A program made the position numbers and the translations under genes. DNA of 64,000 nucleotides from Octopus vulgaris (lineage: Eukaryota). Position 1 is the first letter of the stretch; every line of letters starts with the position of its first letter. The notes below the pieces were generated by a model that did not search any database, was not told where the DNA came from, and was given only the letters and a program-made list of their open reading frames with translations. Positions 40,589-53,700 of this stretch are shown here, piece after piece. Location of the stretch: positions 181,226,001 through 181,290,000 of the forward strand of contig OX597814.1 of NCBI GenBank assembly GCA_951406725.2, written 5' to 3'.

Positions 40589-40770
40589 TTATCATTGGGT
40601 ATCTAGATATATATCTGGATATCATTCCAAAACTTATTTACAATCCCTGCAATACAAAATGCCACTATCTCCAGTAAAGAATTAAAGTGGCATGGAAATG
40701 CCTCAATGCAAAATTGTGTATAACAGGAACAAGTAGATCTTATCTCCTGTGAGGCCAATATGAGGTTAGT
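40589..40770 (+). repeat. ~190-bp repeat, copy 2
   Basis: See 39340-39537. Confidence 0.85.
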
Positions 40771-41699
40771 TCTGTTTTTTTTTTTGTTTAGTTGGTGTAT
40801 GAAATCTTAAAATATAGCTTCTGCCAAAGGACTTGAAGCTAAACATAACCAAGACAAGTAATTATTTGATAGTTGAAACTCGAGGTGTTTAATATTATTA
40901 AGGTACTTGAAATTTTCAAATTATTGAAAAAGAATCAGGATAAACTTATTTAGAGTCAGATCAATGGGTGCATATATTTTAAGGCAGTAACTCACATGTT
41001 TTGATCATGTGACCATTTATGTCACCAAATAGGACTAACATTCATGAGCTTTTCTGGAAGAATGTTGAGGAACAGTAATGTATTGTTCTAGAGAAGGAAT
41101 AGGCACCTTCCTGTCTTTTGGTGATATATATCAGATGTATGGCTGTTGATGTGTCCAATGTGAAAAGAGGACCTGCAGGACCCGAAATTAAAAAAGCGGG
41201 TAAAACCTGTTAGAGAGGCAACAATTGCTTGGCAGACTAATATAAGTGAAACAGTTATTAGAAATATTAGTGTGCACAAAAACGGTTATTGCAAGTTCTA
41301 AATGATGGGCTATGCAATTGGTGATGTTCTATGTAAAAAGATGGGACCTAGTTAAAGACTAGATATGATGACAGGACCCCATAGAAGAGGTTGGATCAAT
41401 TAGTTTAAATCAGGTTTTAATTAAGTGGCCTCGCTGATGATATCACACAATCTCACAGTGTATTTTTGTGAAAACAAACTATACCAGTGTAGAAAAACAA
41501 CTGTCGAAGTAATGTTTGTGTTGATCCTTGTTTAAATAGTTTTTATTTGAGCCCTACTCATTTACCTCAAATATTATTGAGTGAAAGAGGAACTTCTATG
41601 AAAGTCCAGATACCTTTAAAGGCGTAAAGTGCTCATATTTTATAAATGGAATAATTAATAATAGTAATGATAATTGCAATAACTTTTTACATTCTTATA

Positions 41700-41945
41700 A
41701 TGAATTTGAACTCAAGATGCAGAGGGAAGGAACTAAATACACCAAGCCATTCAACCCAATGCTCTGCCATCCACTACCAATAATTTCTTAAATTATCTGT
41801 GTCACAAATTTGTGACACTGTACTTCATTTATCAATCCTGAAAGATGAAATGAAAAGTTGACCATATCTGGTTTTGAACTAAGGGTAGGACTTCTTAGTA
41901 CTGAAGGGTATTTATTCTGGTGCCCTATCATTTCTGCCACTCTAC
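41700..41945 (-). mobile_element. SINE family 2 fragments (two heads), degenerate
   Basis: gaatttgaactcaag and ggttttgaactaag are reverse B-box-like; atttatcaatcctgaaagatgaaatgaaaagttgacc. Confidence 0.45.
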
Positions 41946-42677
41946 TAGTTTAATTATTTATAGAGTGAATGTATATTTTTATAGTAGTGGATGGCAGCAC
42001 ACAGTGAGAAGTAAATCCATTGGTAATTGAAATAGGCTGCAGTTTCCATTGACTGGAAAGAAATTATCTTACTATTTGATCAATATAAAAAAAAATTAGC
42101 TTTAATCCTATTTCTAAGAGAATCATATTGCCAAAAGTACTTACATTTTTATGTACAGCAAGAAAACACCCCAAAGCTTGTTCTAACTACCTTTAAAAGA
42201 TTGCATCCAGATCACATTTTAGTATTTTCTCTTGGAGTCTTTCCTCAGTTGCTACTAGTGTAATTTATTAACAAAAGATGACTACACTACAGCATTAATA
42301 GAAATTTATGGCAACTCTACAACTAGAAACATTAAGTAATAAATAAGACTGAACTCAGCTGTTCCTTTCATTTTACTATCTGCTTCTCTGTTATATTTCT
42401 TTCCTCTGGAAATTAAGATAATTATGAAGCATTGAACTTTTTGTAAGATACAGATATTAATGAGGCTTAGTAACTAAATAATTTATGAAATAAACAAGTT
42501 ATAGAAAATTATTTTAATTTTAGATATTATTATCTCACAATTCAAACTGCATCCATACATCTTGTAGTCTAAATTGAACTGAATATTGCTCAGAAACTGG
42601 TATAAAAAAATATAAATAAAAATGTTTGTTGTGATATATTCAATATAACTGGAATAGTTATTGATAATTTTTTCAAC

Positions 42678-42826
42678 TTGTGTGGTAAGTAGCTTGCTTA
42701 CCAACCACATGGTTCTGGGTTCAATCACATTGTGTGGCACCTTAGGCAAGTGTCTTCTACTGTAGCCTCGCGCCAACTAAAACCTTGTGAGTGGATTTGG
42801 TAGACAGAAACTGAAAGAAGCCTGTC

Positions 42827-42867
<41 letters not shown>

Positions 42868-43051
42868 GTGTGTGTTTGTCCCCCCAACATCACTTGACAA
42901 CCAATGCTGGTGTGTTAACGTCCCTGTCACTTAGCGGTTCGGCAAGAGAGACCGATAGAAGAAGTAAATCCTGAGGTCTATTTGCTCAATTGAAGGTGGT
43001 GCCCCAGCATGTTTCAGTCAAATGACTGAAACAAATAAAAGAATAAAAGAA
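42678..43051 (+). mobile_element. tRNA-derived SINE family 1 with internal (TA)n/(TG)n and LINE-like 3' tail
   Basis: Head tgtgtggtaagtagcttgct...gggttcaatc (A/B-box-like), conserved body, and tail aaggtggtgccccagcatg..cagtcaaatgactgaaac followed by (taaaaga)n. Confidence 0.88.
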
Positions 43052-44638
43052 TTACAAAAACTGACTGGCAATTTAAACAAGTTCTAATCTCACAACGAAG
43101 ACAGTAATAATGATGGAGCATGTAGAAAGTATATACCATATAGTATTGAAACCTTGACTGAAAATGATGTCACAATCTACCAAGAATTAAAATGTGCATG
43201 AATTAGAGGATGCATGATCTAAACAGATGCAATTTAGGTCAGCTAAAACAGCTGGTCACAATTTAAAGATCCTAATCGTTAAAAAAAAAAAGACCTTGAT
43301 GTAAAACTCTCTATATTGGCTTATAAATCTTTAAAATGTATAAAAATATATTGCTAATTTGGAGAAAAAATAAAGGAAATTGGAATTATTGTATTTATTG
43401 ATTAGTAACCTGTGTAGACAACTTAAAGCTTTTCATTAAAAGTTATTGGAATGTAGTTTCCAGCTCTTGGCATCCTTACACTTGCCAAATTAGATAGACT
43501 TTAAATGTAGTAAATTCTGGTTTTAACTAAAATTCATCATTATTTTATGATAATAGTATTGCACAAGATGTTGCAATTTCATTCTCAAAATTTGTTTTTA
43601 TGTAAAATACAGTTGCTTTCTCAACCATCTTTTTTATTACCCTATTCATTGAATGCTTAACCTATAAAGTTGCTCATCAACAATTGACTTATACACATCT
43701 TTTGGACATAAGGAATGTGACTGGTCTGCTTATTTAATTTTATTATAGTGGTTGTTACCAAAAAGAGACAATCTACTTTTATCTTTCTGGATAATGTCAG
43801 TCTGATATATTATAACGGTTTGTATCTAATTAGTGGTTTGCTTAATAATTTTCTGAATTGATTTTAAATTGTCCAAATATATCACCATTACTATCATCAT
43901 GTTCATTCTTTCATAGATCATGCCAAAAGCTGAAAGCATCTTCAGTATTTTTATTAAATTTTGCAATACATATTTGCCTGACACATTCATCCATTTTCCT
44001 TATATGCCTCTTGTATGCAACAACCAGTTCAGATATTTACGATATACTGATTTTGCGGCATATACTTTCACTCAAATACCACTTCCTCTACATATCTATC
44101 TAGATGGTTAACATACTCATTTAATACTTGTAACTTTTGCTTGCCTTTTCTGTTACTGCAAGTATAACATTTCCTAACATGCAGCAACAGATTTTTCATG
44201 TAAACATTATATAAGTTTACTTTCAATAGAGATATATTTGTTAACTGACGTAGTTTCCTAAACAATTTTCACCCATACTATGCTCTTAAGACCACTAAAG
44301 TTTCAGAATTTGGCCTCCGTCCCCAGTCAGCTGACTAAAATCACTCTCAATTTTAGTATCACCTATATAAGTGTACAATTAATCTTGAGCCTAATTATGA
44401 TCTTTTAAGCACTGATCCAGAATTAAGTTTATCATTGCTATCTGGATAATATAAATTGTAGAAGCCAATAAAAAGATTTTCCATGTCAACAAATATGAGT
44501 TAAAATTAGATTCCTTTATTTTAGACATCTCTTTACTAAACTCCCCAGAAATATAGTAACTGTTTACAAAGTGTTGACACAAATGCAAATTATGTTTTTG
44601 TATGACTCTATGCCACCACAATTATTTGCTCAGTTAGT

Positions 44639-44843
44639 TTAACCCTTTTGATCCTAACTTACCTGAGAGCACCCCAGGTTCTATAATACAAACTTTGTTT
44701 AAAGTGATCTGAATCAAAAATTTCTATCAAAATTTCATATTGCGTGTTGTGTTTTAAACACCATTTTAATAATGGAAAAGTTGTTTTATTAAATTCCTAT
44801 ATTTCAACTGAAAATTGGTAACATGTTTTATTTTTAGTTAACC
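44639..44843 (+). mobile_element. Possible piggyBac-like MITE fragment
   Basis: Starts TTAA-CCCTTTTGA, the TTAA target plus CCC terminus typical of piggyBac. No intact right TIR is seen. Confidence 0.4.
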
Positions 44844-47800
44844 ATCTTTAATTATTTCAGTAATAAATGATGTTGTGCAAGATTTCATCTATTCTCTGAT
44901 CATTGGCCAATTCTTTGTTCTTTTATATCCTTCAATATGTATCTCAAAAAATTGTAAGTTTTACAGACTAGTCTGAAAATCATTGCAAAAGGAAAAATAT
45001 AAATGTAGAAACTGAAACCTCTCTATATACATTTGCTTATATTTCTAATTAAATTTTAGAAAAATATAATGTATTCTGTTTTAGAATCCATCTTAGTGAA
45101 TCTTTTAAAATCAAGATCCATTTCTTCATTCAGTTAAAATATTTTCATAGGGCTAGTTAGTTTTTCAGATCACCAAAACTGGTAGTCTTTCTTCAAATGC
45201 TGGCATTGATGAGATGAATCTGCATTTGGCACTTGACTAAAATACAGTGAAAACAAGCAAGTACTTTTTAGGCAGTCAGTGTTGTAACATATGGTCCAGA
45301 ATGTTAACAAGATACCATTTAACTGCAGGCAGATTAATAGGCTTATTTTAATTGCCAAAAGTTATGTCATACTAATAATGTATGTGAAGCAATTCCTGAT
45401 AACTACCTAACAGTCTAATTATTGGTGTTATTTTGTTGTTAATTGTTTGTGGTTAATATATAACTTTCAATTAGAAGCTTTTAAATCTTCATATAGGTAC
45501 ACATTACAAATAATGTTTTCTGTCTTACTTGTAAATACAAAAGCAATGCCTCTGCTAGAAGAAGAGTTAGAATAAAATTAAAGAATATAGATGTAGTTTT
45601 CTCCTTAGATTTAAGAGTCCTGAACTCTTGCATAAAGTAATGGTTCATGAATTTAATCTCCAGTACATAAACAATGATATCTGATGATGAAGGGAGTCTA
45701 AACCATTCAAAATGCGTTTTAGAAAAATATGGAAATGACAAAGTCAACAGTTTGGAGCAATGTTTTCCAATTTTTTCTTTGAGCTAAAATTATACAATGT
45801 GTGCTGTTTACATATTGTGATGGTTGTAAAATAATACTGCCGATGCTGTAAAGTATTTAGTAGTGCTCCACCATTTGTTTAGAGGGAGTTAATTTGTGAA
45901 TTGTTCAATGTTGATTTTACAAGATTGGAATTTAGATGAACAACCTTGGAACATTGTTGAATGAAATAAACTGAGAGTTGATTCTCTTTAGAAAAGGAGC
46001 AAAAAAGTAACCAGTGTTTTTATATCCTGAAGATTCACAATTAATAGTTGTTGTTTAAAATAGCTACTATACTGTTGTAAGTTTTGTTCGAGTTGCAGTT
46101 TTTCATACATTTAAAGGTGTTTTTAGAATTTGATATCATGTTTCTGTGTAGCAGTTTGATCTCTTGGCTAGAAAAGAATTACTTCAAGTGTAAACTGATA
46201 TAACTTAATAAAAAAATAGGAAACATTGGCCTTTAATTATACCAACAGACTCTTAATATCCTAATTTTCTTTATATCTTTTCTTAGTAGTAGCGTAAACT
46301 TTTCAAATATAAATGTAACTTGACTGAAATTAGTTAATAAAATATATGCTTCTAAAGTGACTTTAAGGGCCACTGTGCATATCATTAAGCAGTTGAAAAG
46401 TAATTAACTGTTCCTTTCAATAGGACTCTGGTCCCTAGTCACAATAGTTTGGTGGACTAAGAGGCATAGAATTAAATGTACTACACAAATACTTAACAAT
46501 GCTTGCAATAGATTTGAAAGCAAAACCTAGGAGTTGGCTGTCCAGTGCATATGCATTCAACCATGTCACTTGAAATAAACATTATCAATACTATTTGAAG
46601 CCTTCTGTCTTTAACTATTTAGCTGTCTGTCTGTTCTTATTTTTTCTACCTGTACATAGTTATATGTACACTTACTTATATATGCACACATATGTAGTGT
46701 GAACCCCAGTTTTAGAATAGGTACACTGTATCCCAGCATGTTGTAAGAGGCGACTGAAAAAGTTGGAAAAAGGAATGGCATTTGGTTTTAAGACACTACC
46801 TCAGAAAAATCACCCAATCCATGCCAGCATAAAAGAGATGTAAGCCCTAATGTGGATTATCATCATATATGTATATCTGCGTGTGTGTTTGATTTGCTTC
46901 AGAAGGATCTGCAGTACTAACTGCCTTATTTAAGTGTTGAAAGGTATTTTCTTTTACTCGGACCAAATTTAATTTCTTTGTATTTTCCTTAGTCTGCCCT
47001 ATGCCATAAATATATGAATAAATAACAGCTTGCTTTTATAATGCTTACTAATAATAATTAAAAATATATTGGTGATAATTGCATTGTTAGAAGATATTGT
47101 ACTTACAATTAAGATTTCTTGCAAAAGAAAATAGCATGCTCTAGAATATTAATTCAAAAGAAAAAATGGGTTTGAAATTAAGACAATTGAATTAAGCTTT
47201 AAATAATGCATACTAGCATTTACCATAATTGCTTTGACAATATCAGGTATTAGCACAACTAATAATGTTATGTGAATGTAAACTTTGAAGAAGAATTTAA
47301 GATAACTTATTGTGAATTTGAACCATTTATGATATTTAATCAGTTCCAGTGAAGAGAGAACATATAACTATTTTCATGGTTTATAGCCTGAAATAAAATT
47401 AGAATAAATTTTGTTGGATATAATATCCTAGAAAGATCAGCTCAAGCAACACATTCAAGAATGATATGCCTTTGAAAATTGATCATGTTGCTCATTGATG
47501 GTTTGACAGTCTAAATAATTATTCAATACATCTCAAATTTTTGAGAAGCAAATGAAGAAGCAATGTACTTTTTATTATGTCCTTTTTATTATTATTTCAA
47601 GAGACTAGATCAATTTGAAGACTGATATTAAGTACATTAGATTTTATTTAGATCAAAATTATCTTCTGTTAAGGTTTCAGCTTTAAGTTCCATGGTGTCA
47701 AATAGCAGAAAATCTGCTTTATTATGTTAAAGTGAAATTTAGCTGTCCAGGGGTAAGATGGTTGAGTGGATATGGCATTAAACTCAAGATTTGTGTTCAA

Positions 47801-48360
47801 ATCATCAACAAGCATTCTAAATATATTTGGCAGTACCCCTAATTCTTCATGCTTCAAATCACCTAGCTGTTTGGAATAGATATCAGATCATCTGGGGATG
47901 TTTGCATCAGATAGATAGACATCCCATTTAGGGTAGGTTTGACTTTCATCCACTCAACAAACTGAAACCAGAACTAAGCACTGGCTTCAACTAATACAGG
48001 AGCCTCTAAGTGATTGTTCAACCTACTAAAAATAGAAGCCAAATTTATTGGTATCTTCCAGTTAAAATAAAAACCTGCTGACTTCTGTTCCATGATGTGC
48101 AGTTGTTTACAAATTTCAGACATTACTTGTTTAGTAGCCTCTTTCCCTCTTCCTCATTGTGTGTATGTGTGTGTGAATGTCCATTCATGTACATATGGTG
48201 TTTTTCATATTTTTGAGAAAGATCAGTAAATAGTTCATGAGTTTGTTTAGTATTGAGAAAAGCAACTTCACACTATTTAATGCAAACCCACGCTTTTGGG
48301 TATCTTTTTATTTTAACTTCAGAATATTCCAAAATATTTTTCTGCTTATATTTAGAATTT

Positions 48361-48735
48361 TGTGGCTGTGTGGTAAGAAGTTTGCTTCTCAACCACATGC
48401 TTCTGGGTTCAGTTCCACTGCATGACACCTTGAGCAAATGTTTTCCACTATAGTCTCAGGTCAGCTAAAGCCCCTTGTTAGAGAATTTGGTAGACAGAAA
48501 CTAAAGGAAACCTATTGTGTGTGTCTTTGTGTGCATGTGTGTGTCCCTGCACTTAACAACCAGTGTCGGTGTGTTTATGTCCCTATAGTGGTTCAGTAAA
48601 AGAGACTGATAGAATAAGTACCAGGCTTAAAAACAAATAAGTACTAGGATCGATTCATTTGGCTAAAAGATTCTTCAAGGTAGTGCCCCAGCATGGCTGC
48701 AATCTAATGACTGAATCAAGTAAAAGAAAAGATAA
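48361..48735 (+). mobile_element. tRNA-derived SINE family 1, full length
   Basis: tgtggctgtgtggtaagaagtttgct...gggttcagttcc; body colinear with 42678-43051; tail aaggtagtgccccagcatggctgcaatctaatgactgaatc. Confidence 0.9.
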
Positions 48736-50215
48736 ACAATAATATTTTAATGATTTACATAGCTTTCTGAATTAATGAAGACATTTTGAAAGCATTCGTT
48801 TCAACTGAAAACCCAAATATAAATTAGTAATATCTTAGTTATAGGAAATTTCACTTGGTCTTTTTCTATGAAACTTAGAAGTTGTTAGTCCAACTACTCA
48901 ACAGAAAATGCACTAATCTTCATATGAAAGGCTTATTTTAATGACACTATGAAAAAGAAAAATGAATGGGCTTATTGTTATTGACAATTTATATTATTTT
49001 TCAAATATATAGGTGGACTTGTAGTTTTCTTTCTAAAATAAAGTAATTGAGTTTTTTTGTTTTAATCCTTTGTTTAAGCATTACTGAATCAGGGCAAAGT
49101 TTATTTTGTATCTGTATATTTGTTTATCTCAAAAACATTGCACATGAGCTGTGAGCTGCATTCTACTATAATTTGTTGTGTCACTAGGCAAGTTATGTAA
49201 ATGTTGTTTACTAAGGATTACCAGCTGAAAAAAGATATCAGTGTGACTGATATTTTTTTGTAATTGACTTTTATGTGTTGAAAACCAAAAATTAGTAGAT
49301 TTTAGCTCAAGAAACTATTTACGTTCTTGCTATTAGTCTGGTACAAGGTGAGATGAAAGTAGTATTAATGAATGAAAGAAGACTCAATTTTATCTGAAGC
49401 TTTAAATCTTGAATGTGATTGTTCAGAATATTTTATCACTCCTCTCGCAATATAACTTATCCAGTAACAGACTTCTTATTGACAAAATATATTTTGAAAT
49501 TATTTTGCCTTAAAGACAAAATAATTATAAACAAAATAAATCATGAAGCAGAGTTGATCTTTAAACAAAACCATTTCTCAAACCTTTATGTGATCAGTTA
49601 TCTAACTTCTTAGTAATAACAAAATCTCCTTTAAATCAATCTTACCTTTTTATGCCTTAGTTCTGCTTAAGCAGAGGTGACTAAAGTAACACAACAATAA
49701 CTGCATCAAGGTACAAGGAAATTCTCTTTTGAGGCAACTCCACTCTATCCCTCAAAATATTGTAAATGTATGTCAGAAATATGTTGATGTGGAAGAAAGG
49801 GAAGAGCTATATTTGAAATAAACAAATTGAATATATAATTTGTTGCATTGGCGATGTGAACTTGAGAGACAAAATGCAAGTGGAGTGTCTAAGGGGCAGC
49901 TATTACTGATGCAAGTGAGGTGATTGCATTAGCATAGGTTGTAAGTTATATAAGGGATAAATCTGAGAAGTGGATTAAATTTCAAAGTATTAGTATTATG
50001 AAATTGATGATACAAAATATAAAATTGAATACGTGGCCAGCTGTGTGCAGTAGATATGACAGCATAGTATAACTCTGTACTATGAATAACTGATGTAAGT
50101 GTGATGAAAAGTGAGTTACACCTAGGAAATTTTGACACTAAATATGTACACTACATTTCAGACAATTGGGTTGCTGAGATGTACAAAAATGTGCTGCGCT
50201 ATGTTTCTTGACAAC

Positions 50216-50796
50216 TTGTTAACTTAATAATTGAGTTTAATGTCAAGTTAACATTCATCAGCAAAGTCTGATATTGAAATTATAATGATGATTAATTTAA
50301 GGCTTTTTTTTTCTCTCTGATTTGTAGAGCAACAAATATAATGAGACTATTATTTATTATTATATCCTTGTTAACATAGCCTAATGCCCTAGAAACTGAC
50401 CCACTTCAGCTCATTCAGTAAAAGTAAATATGTTTGTAATATCAACTATTTTTTTTTACTCATCATATATCTGACTTTTATGATTTCAGAAAAATTTCTA
50501 TTCATGACACATTTGGACAATTGATGTAATGTACACTGTTTATCTAAACTGATATTTTTATTTCTTTCATTTAGAGGACATTGAAAGATCCATATTAACT
50601 ACTAATTAAAAATAAATGGATATATTATTCTGTACATGAATAAAGAATAACTTTGCCGAAAATGTATTTTATCTTATATTGACATTGTTAAAATGAACAA
50701 ACAAATAGAAAACATTTTTTTAAAAATGTTTGAAGTATTTAATAAGTCAACAATAATTGTTAACTTAATAATTGAGTTTAATGTCAAGTTAACATT
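50216..50796. repeat. Exact 40-bp direct repeat (50216-50255 and 50757-50796), each copy a hairpin
   Basis: ttgttaacttaataattgagtttaatgtcaagttaacatt occurs twice, 541 bp apart. Each has a tgttaactt/aagttaaca 9-bp stem. Confidence 0.9.
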
Positions 50797-53700
50797 AAAA
50801 TCATTCGTTTCTTGTTTTATTAATTCCTGCATTTCCTCTGGTTTTAAAATATTTGTTGAATGGATAAGTGTTGAAACTCAACATTCTGAGTCCTGGCCCA
50901 AAAGGGTGTGAGTGTATGCATACACATGCACACACACACACACACACTTTGGGATTTAGACTCAGATTGCTGAATTTCAGCATTTAATGTCATTAACTCA
51001 GAAGGGAGTTTACTTGTCAAATTTTAAAATCATTTCTCTAATGTTGCTTTATTAAGTTGAACTCTGTATTTGGTTTTCTAACTAAGCATTTTAGTCAATG
51101 CTGTCTGTACTACCTTTTCTTCATTTCCAGTAGCTCCATGCCTAGAATGGAAGAGATATTATTCCCATAACCTACCATTTTCGTTCTTTACATGCATGTT
51201 ATCCCTCCATGTTATATCGCTTGACCAGGTCTTTTCAATATTTTTTCTTCTTTCATAATCTTCATAGGTCTTATTGTTAATTCTTTGTAAGGATTCTGTG
51301 AGGGCAGAATAGGTTATGAATATCTCAAGAGTACTTTTTTCTCTAAAACGTTTCTCCAGGTTCTTGTGTGTAAGTTACTTTATTGGTACAAATGGGTTGG
51401 AAGTAGATGATAGTTCCTCTTTTTTCACTGTAATATTGATGAAATTCAGTTTAGATATGCCATTGACTTTTGGATTTCAGTGCACCAACATTGTGACTCA
51501 GTGAAATTAAAAAAGAAATTATTTTTCTATGGTAAGAGTAGAACAAGTTGCTTGCTAAAATAATACAATTTTCCTTTAACAGTTATTTTTAAAAGTTTCA
51601 AGAAGAAAAGTAATCCTAAAAGATTACATAAGGTTCTTCTGGCAAGGGAAACTGAAGTAATTTCAGTTTATGTTAAGATGCTTAGTAGTAGATTCTATAA
51701 TGATTAGAAGTAAACTGAAACAATGGAGGACTATCCAGAATGAATCACTGGCTGTGTGATGGAGCTGAAAAATCATATTGCTTCATTGGCTGCTTGTTAG
51801 TCTTGATCAGATTTGCTTGACAGTTCTAGCTATGGACATCTGGTCTTTATTGTGAAACTTGCTGTTCTAAGATTTATGATTTAAACATGTGGTATTAATT
51901 TTAAAGATGGCAGAGTTTGGTGAAACAAATTTTGCTACTATATTAAGAAAATTGAGTCAGCGGAAGCTGTTTCACCGGCTCATTGGATAGTTTTAGTGTG
52001 TAGCACAATATAAGAAAATAGGCCTTATTTTATTTAAATTGTATACTGTTATTCAATTAATTTTTAAAAAGTTTATTTGTTACTGTTCTTAATTAAATGT
52101 TTTAATGATTTGGAACATACTCAAATTTAATTACAATCATTTTCAATGTCATGTTGTCTGAATTACAACTTGTCTTTGTCTAAACCAGTGCAAATTCTTC
52201 AGAAGAGAATACATCGATTACCTTTAGGTCTTTTACTTATCTAAAAGAAATTACAAACTGTGTGTGCTGAGAAAAAGCAATTTGAAACAGAAAAATATCT
52301 TAACATTAGTTAATTTCATTAAGTAATTTAATGAATTGCTTGATGTAACTAAATAATTTACTTACATTTATTAGATTGTATTAATTCACCAAATTCACAA
52401 ACGAGCAAAATTTTTTAAATATATGTTTGGCATTGTTAAGTAAGTAAATTAGTAAAAAATATTCTTCATTCAATAAGCTCTTATCATCAGTTAGTATTAA
52501 CCAAAATAGCTTGAAACTAGTACATACAATCTAGTATACAGTTGGTGTCTGTCTGTTTGTCTGCACATATGTTTATGGTTATGTCATCTTAAAATATGAA
52601 TTAGATGTTTTTATAATTGCTAATGTCACGATGGGTGTTTTGGAAATCTTCCCCCAAAATAAAATAATGAATATAAGGTTATTAAAAGAAAACCTGTACT
52701 TAATGATGACTTGCAACACTCCTATATGTAACAGAATTATAAAAATATTTACAAATACTAAGAAATCATTAATTTACTTATTATTGTTACTTCTGTTATA
52801 AAAATAGAAGACAGTCTACCAGCCCTGACACAGTAAATTGCTATATTAACTGCCATAAAATTTGTCTAAATTGCCTTTTTTCAAGCCATTCTTTGAGATA
52901 CAAGTTTGGAAGAGTCCATTACAATAATTGTTATTTCCTGTCCCAACATTCCCACGCATAAACAATTACAAATTTTCCCATTGTTTTTCTTTTTTCCTTT
53001 TTGTGCCTTTGTTGTCCTCCCACTCTCACCTCATAAGCAAGTAAAGCTAAACATTGTTCTGATTAAGTGTTGAGATTTGCAATTCAAAATTTTCTTTCTT
53101 GTTTAAGATATCATGCTTAATCTAAAGATCATCTTGAATGATGCAGCCATGAGATACAAGAAAAATTAATTCCATTCTTTATATTTCTACCTTTTTGCAG
53201 GGAATACAGTGTAATCCCCACAGAAATAAACAAATACACACATTCTATTTTTTGCTAAGTCTCATGCTTCTCTAAGCAAGTGTTACTTTTTACATTTAAA
53301 ATATATTTGTGCTTATTAAAAATACCTAATTTGTATATTTCCTCAGTTATTTCTAGTATATTCAGTTACCACTATTTTGTAATTATTACTATTGAAAAGA
53401 AATTGACTGACAAGTTCATATGCTCGATTTATTATATTTTACTAAATTTCAGTAGAGGATTATTCTTTTATTTGACCTAATAACAAACAGGGTGGCATAC
53501 AGTATTTACTATTTGCATTGAATATAAGCAATTACATTAATTTAGGTACTTTGACCTATTATGAGGAAAGGAGGGCATGAATACAGAAAAATTATTCTCT
53601 GGGAGTTGGCTTCCTTAGCTAATGAACATTTATTTGAAAATAGTCAAGGAACTCCTTTAGCTTTCTGACTAGCCTAGTATAGTCAGTGACATGGGCACTG

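Noticed and set aside
51481-51531. 51-nt candidate phase-1 cassette exon (tttcag...gtaaga), open in frame with exon 1
   Set aside because: The peptide is not recognisable, and such signals arise by chance in long AT-rich introns.
51961-51990. Minimal hammerhead-like CCAAUGA-GCCGGU-GAAA-CAGCU on the minus strand
   Set aside because: Two core mismatches and no stem I or III closure.
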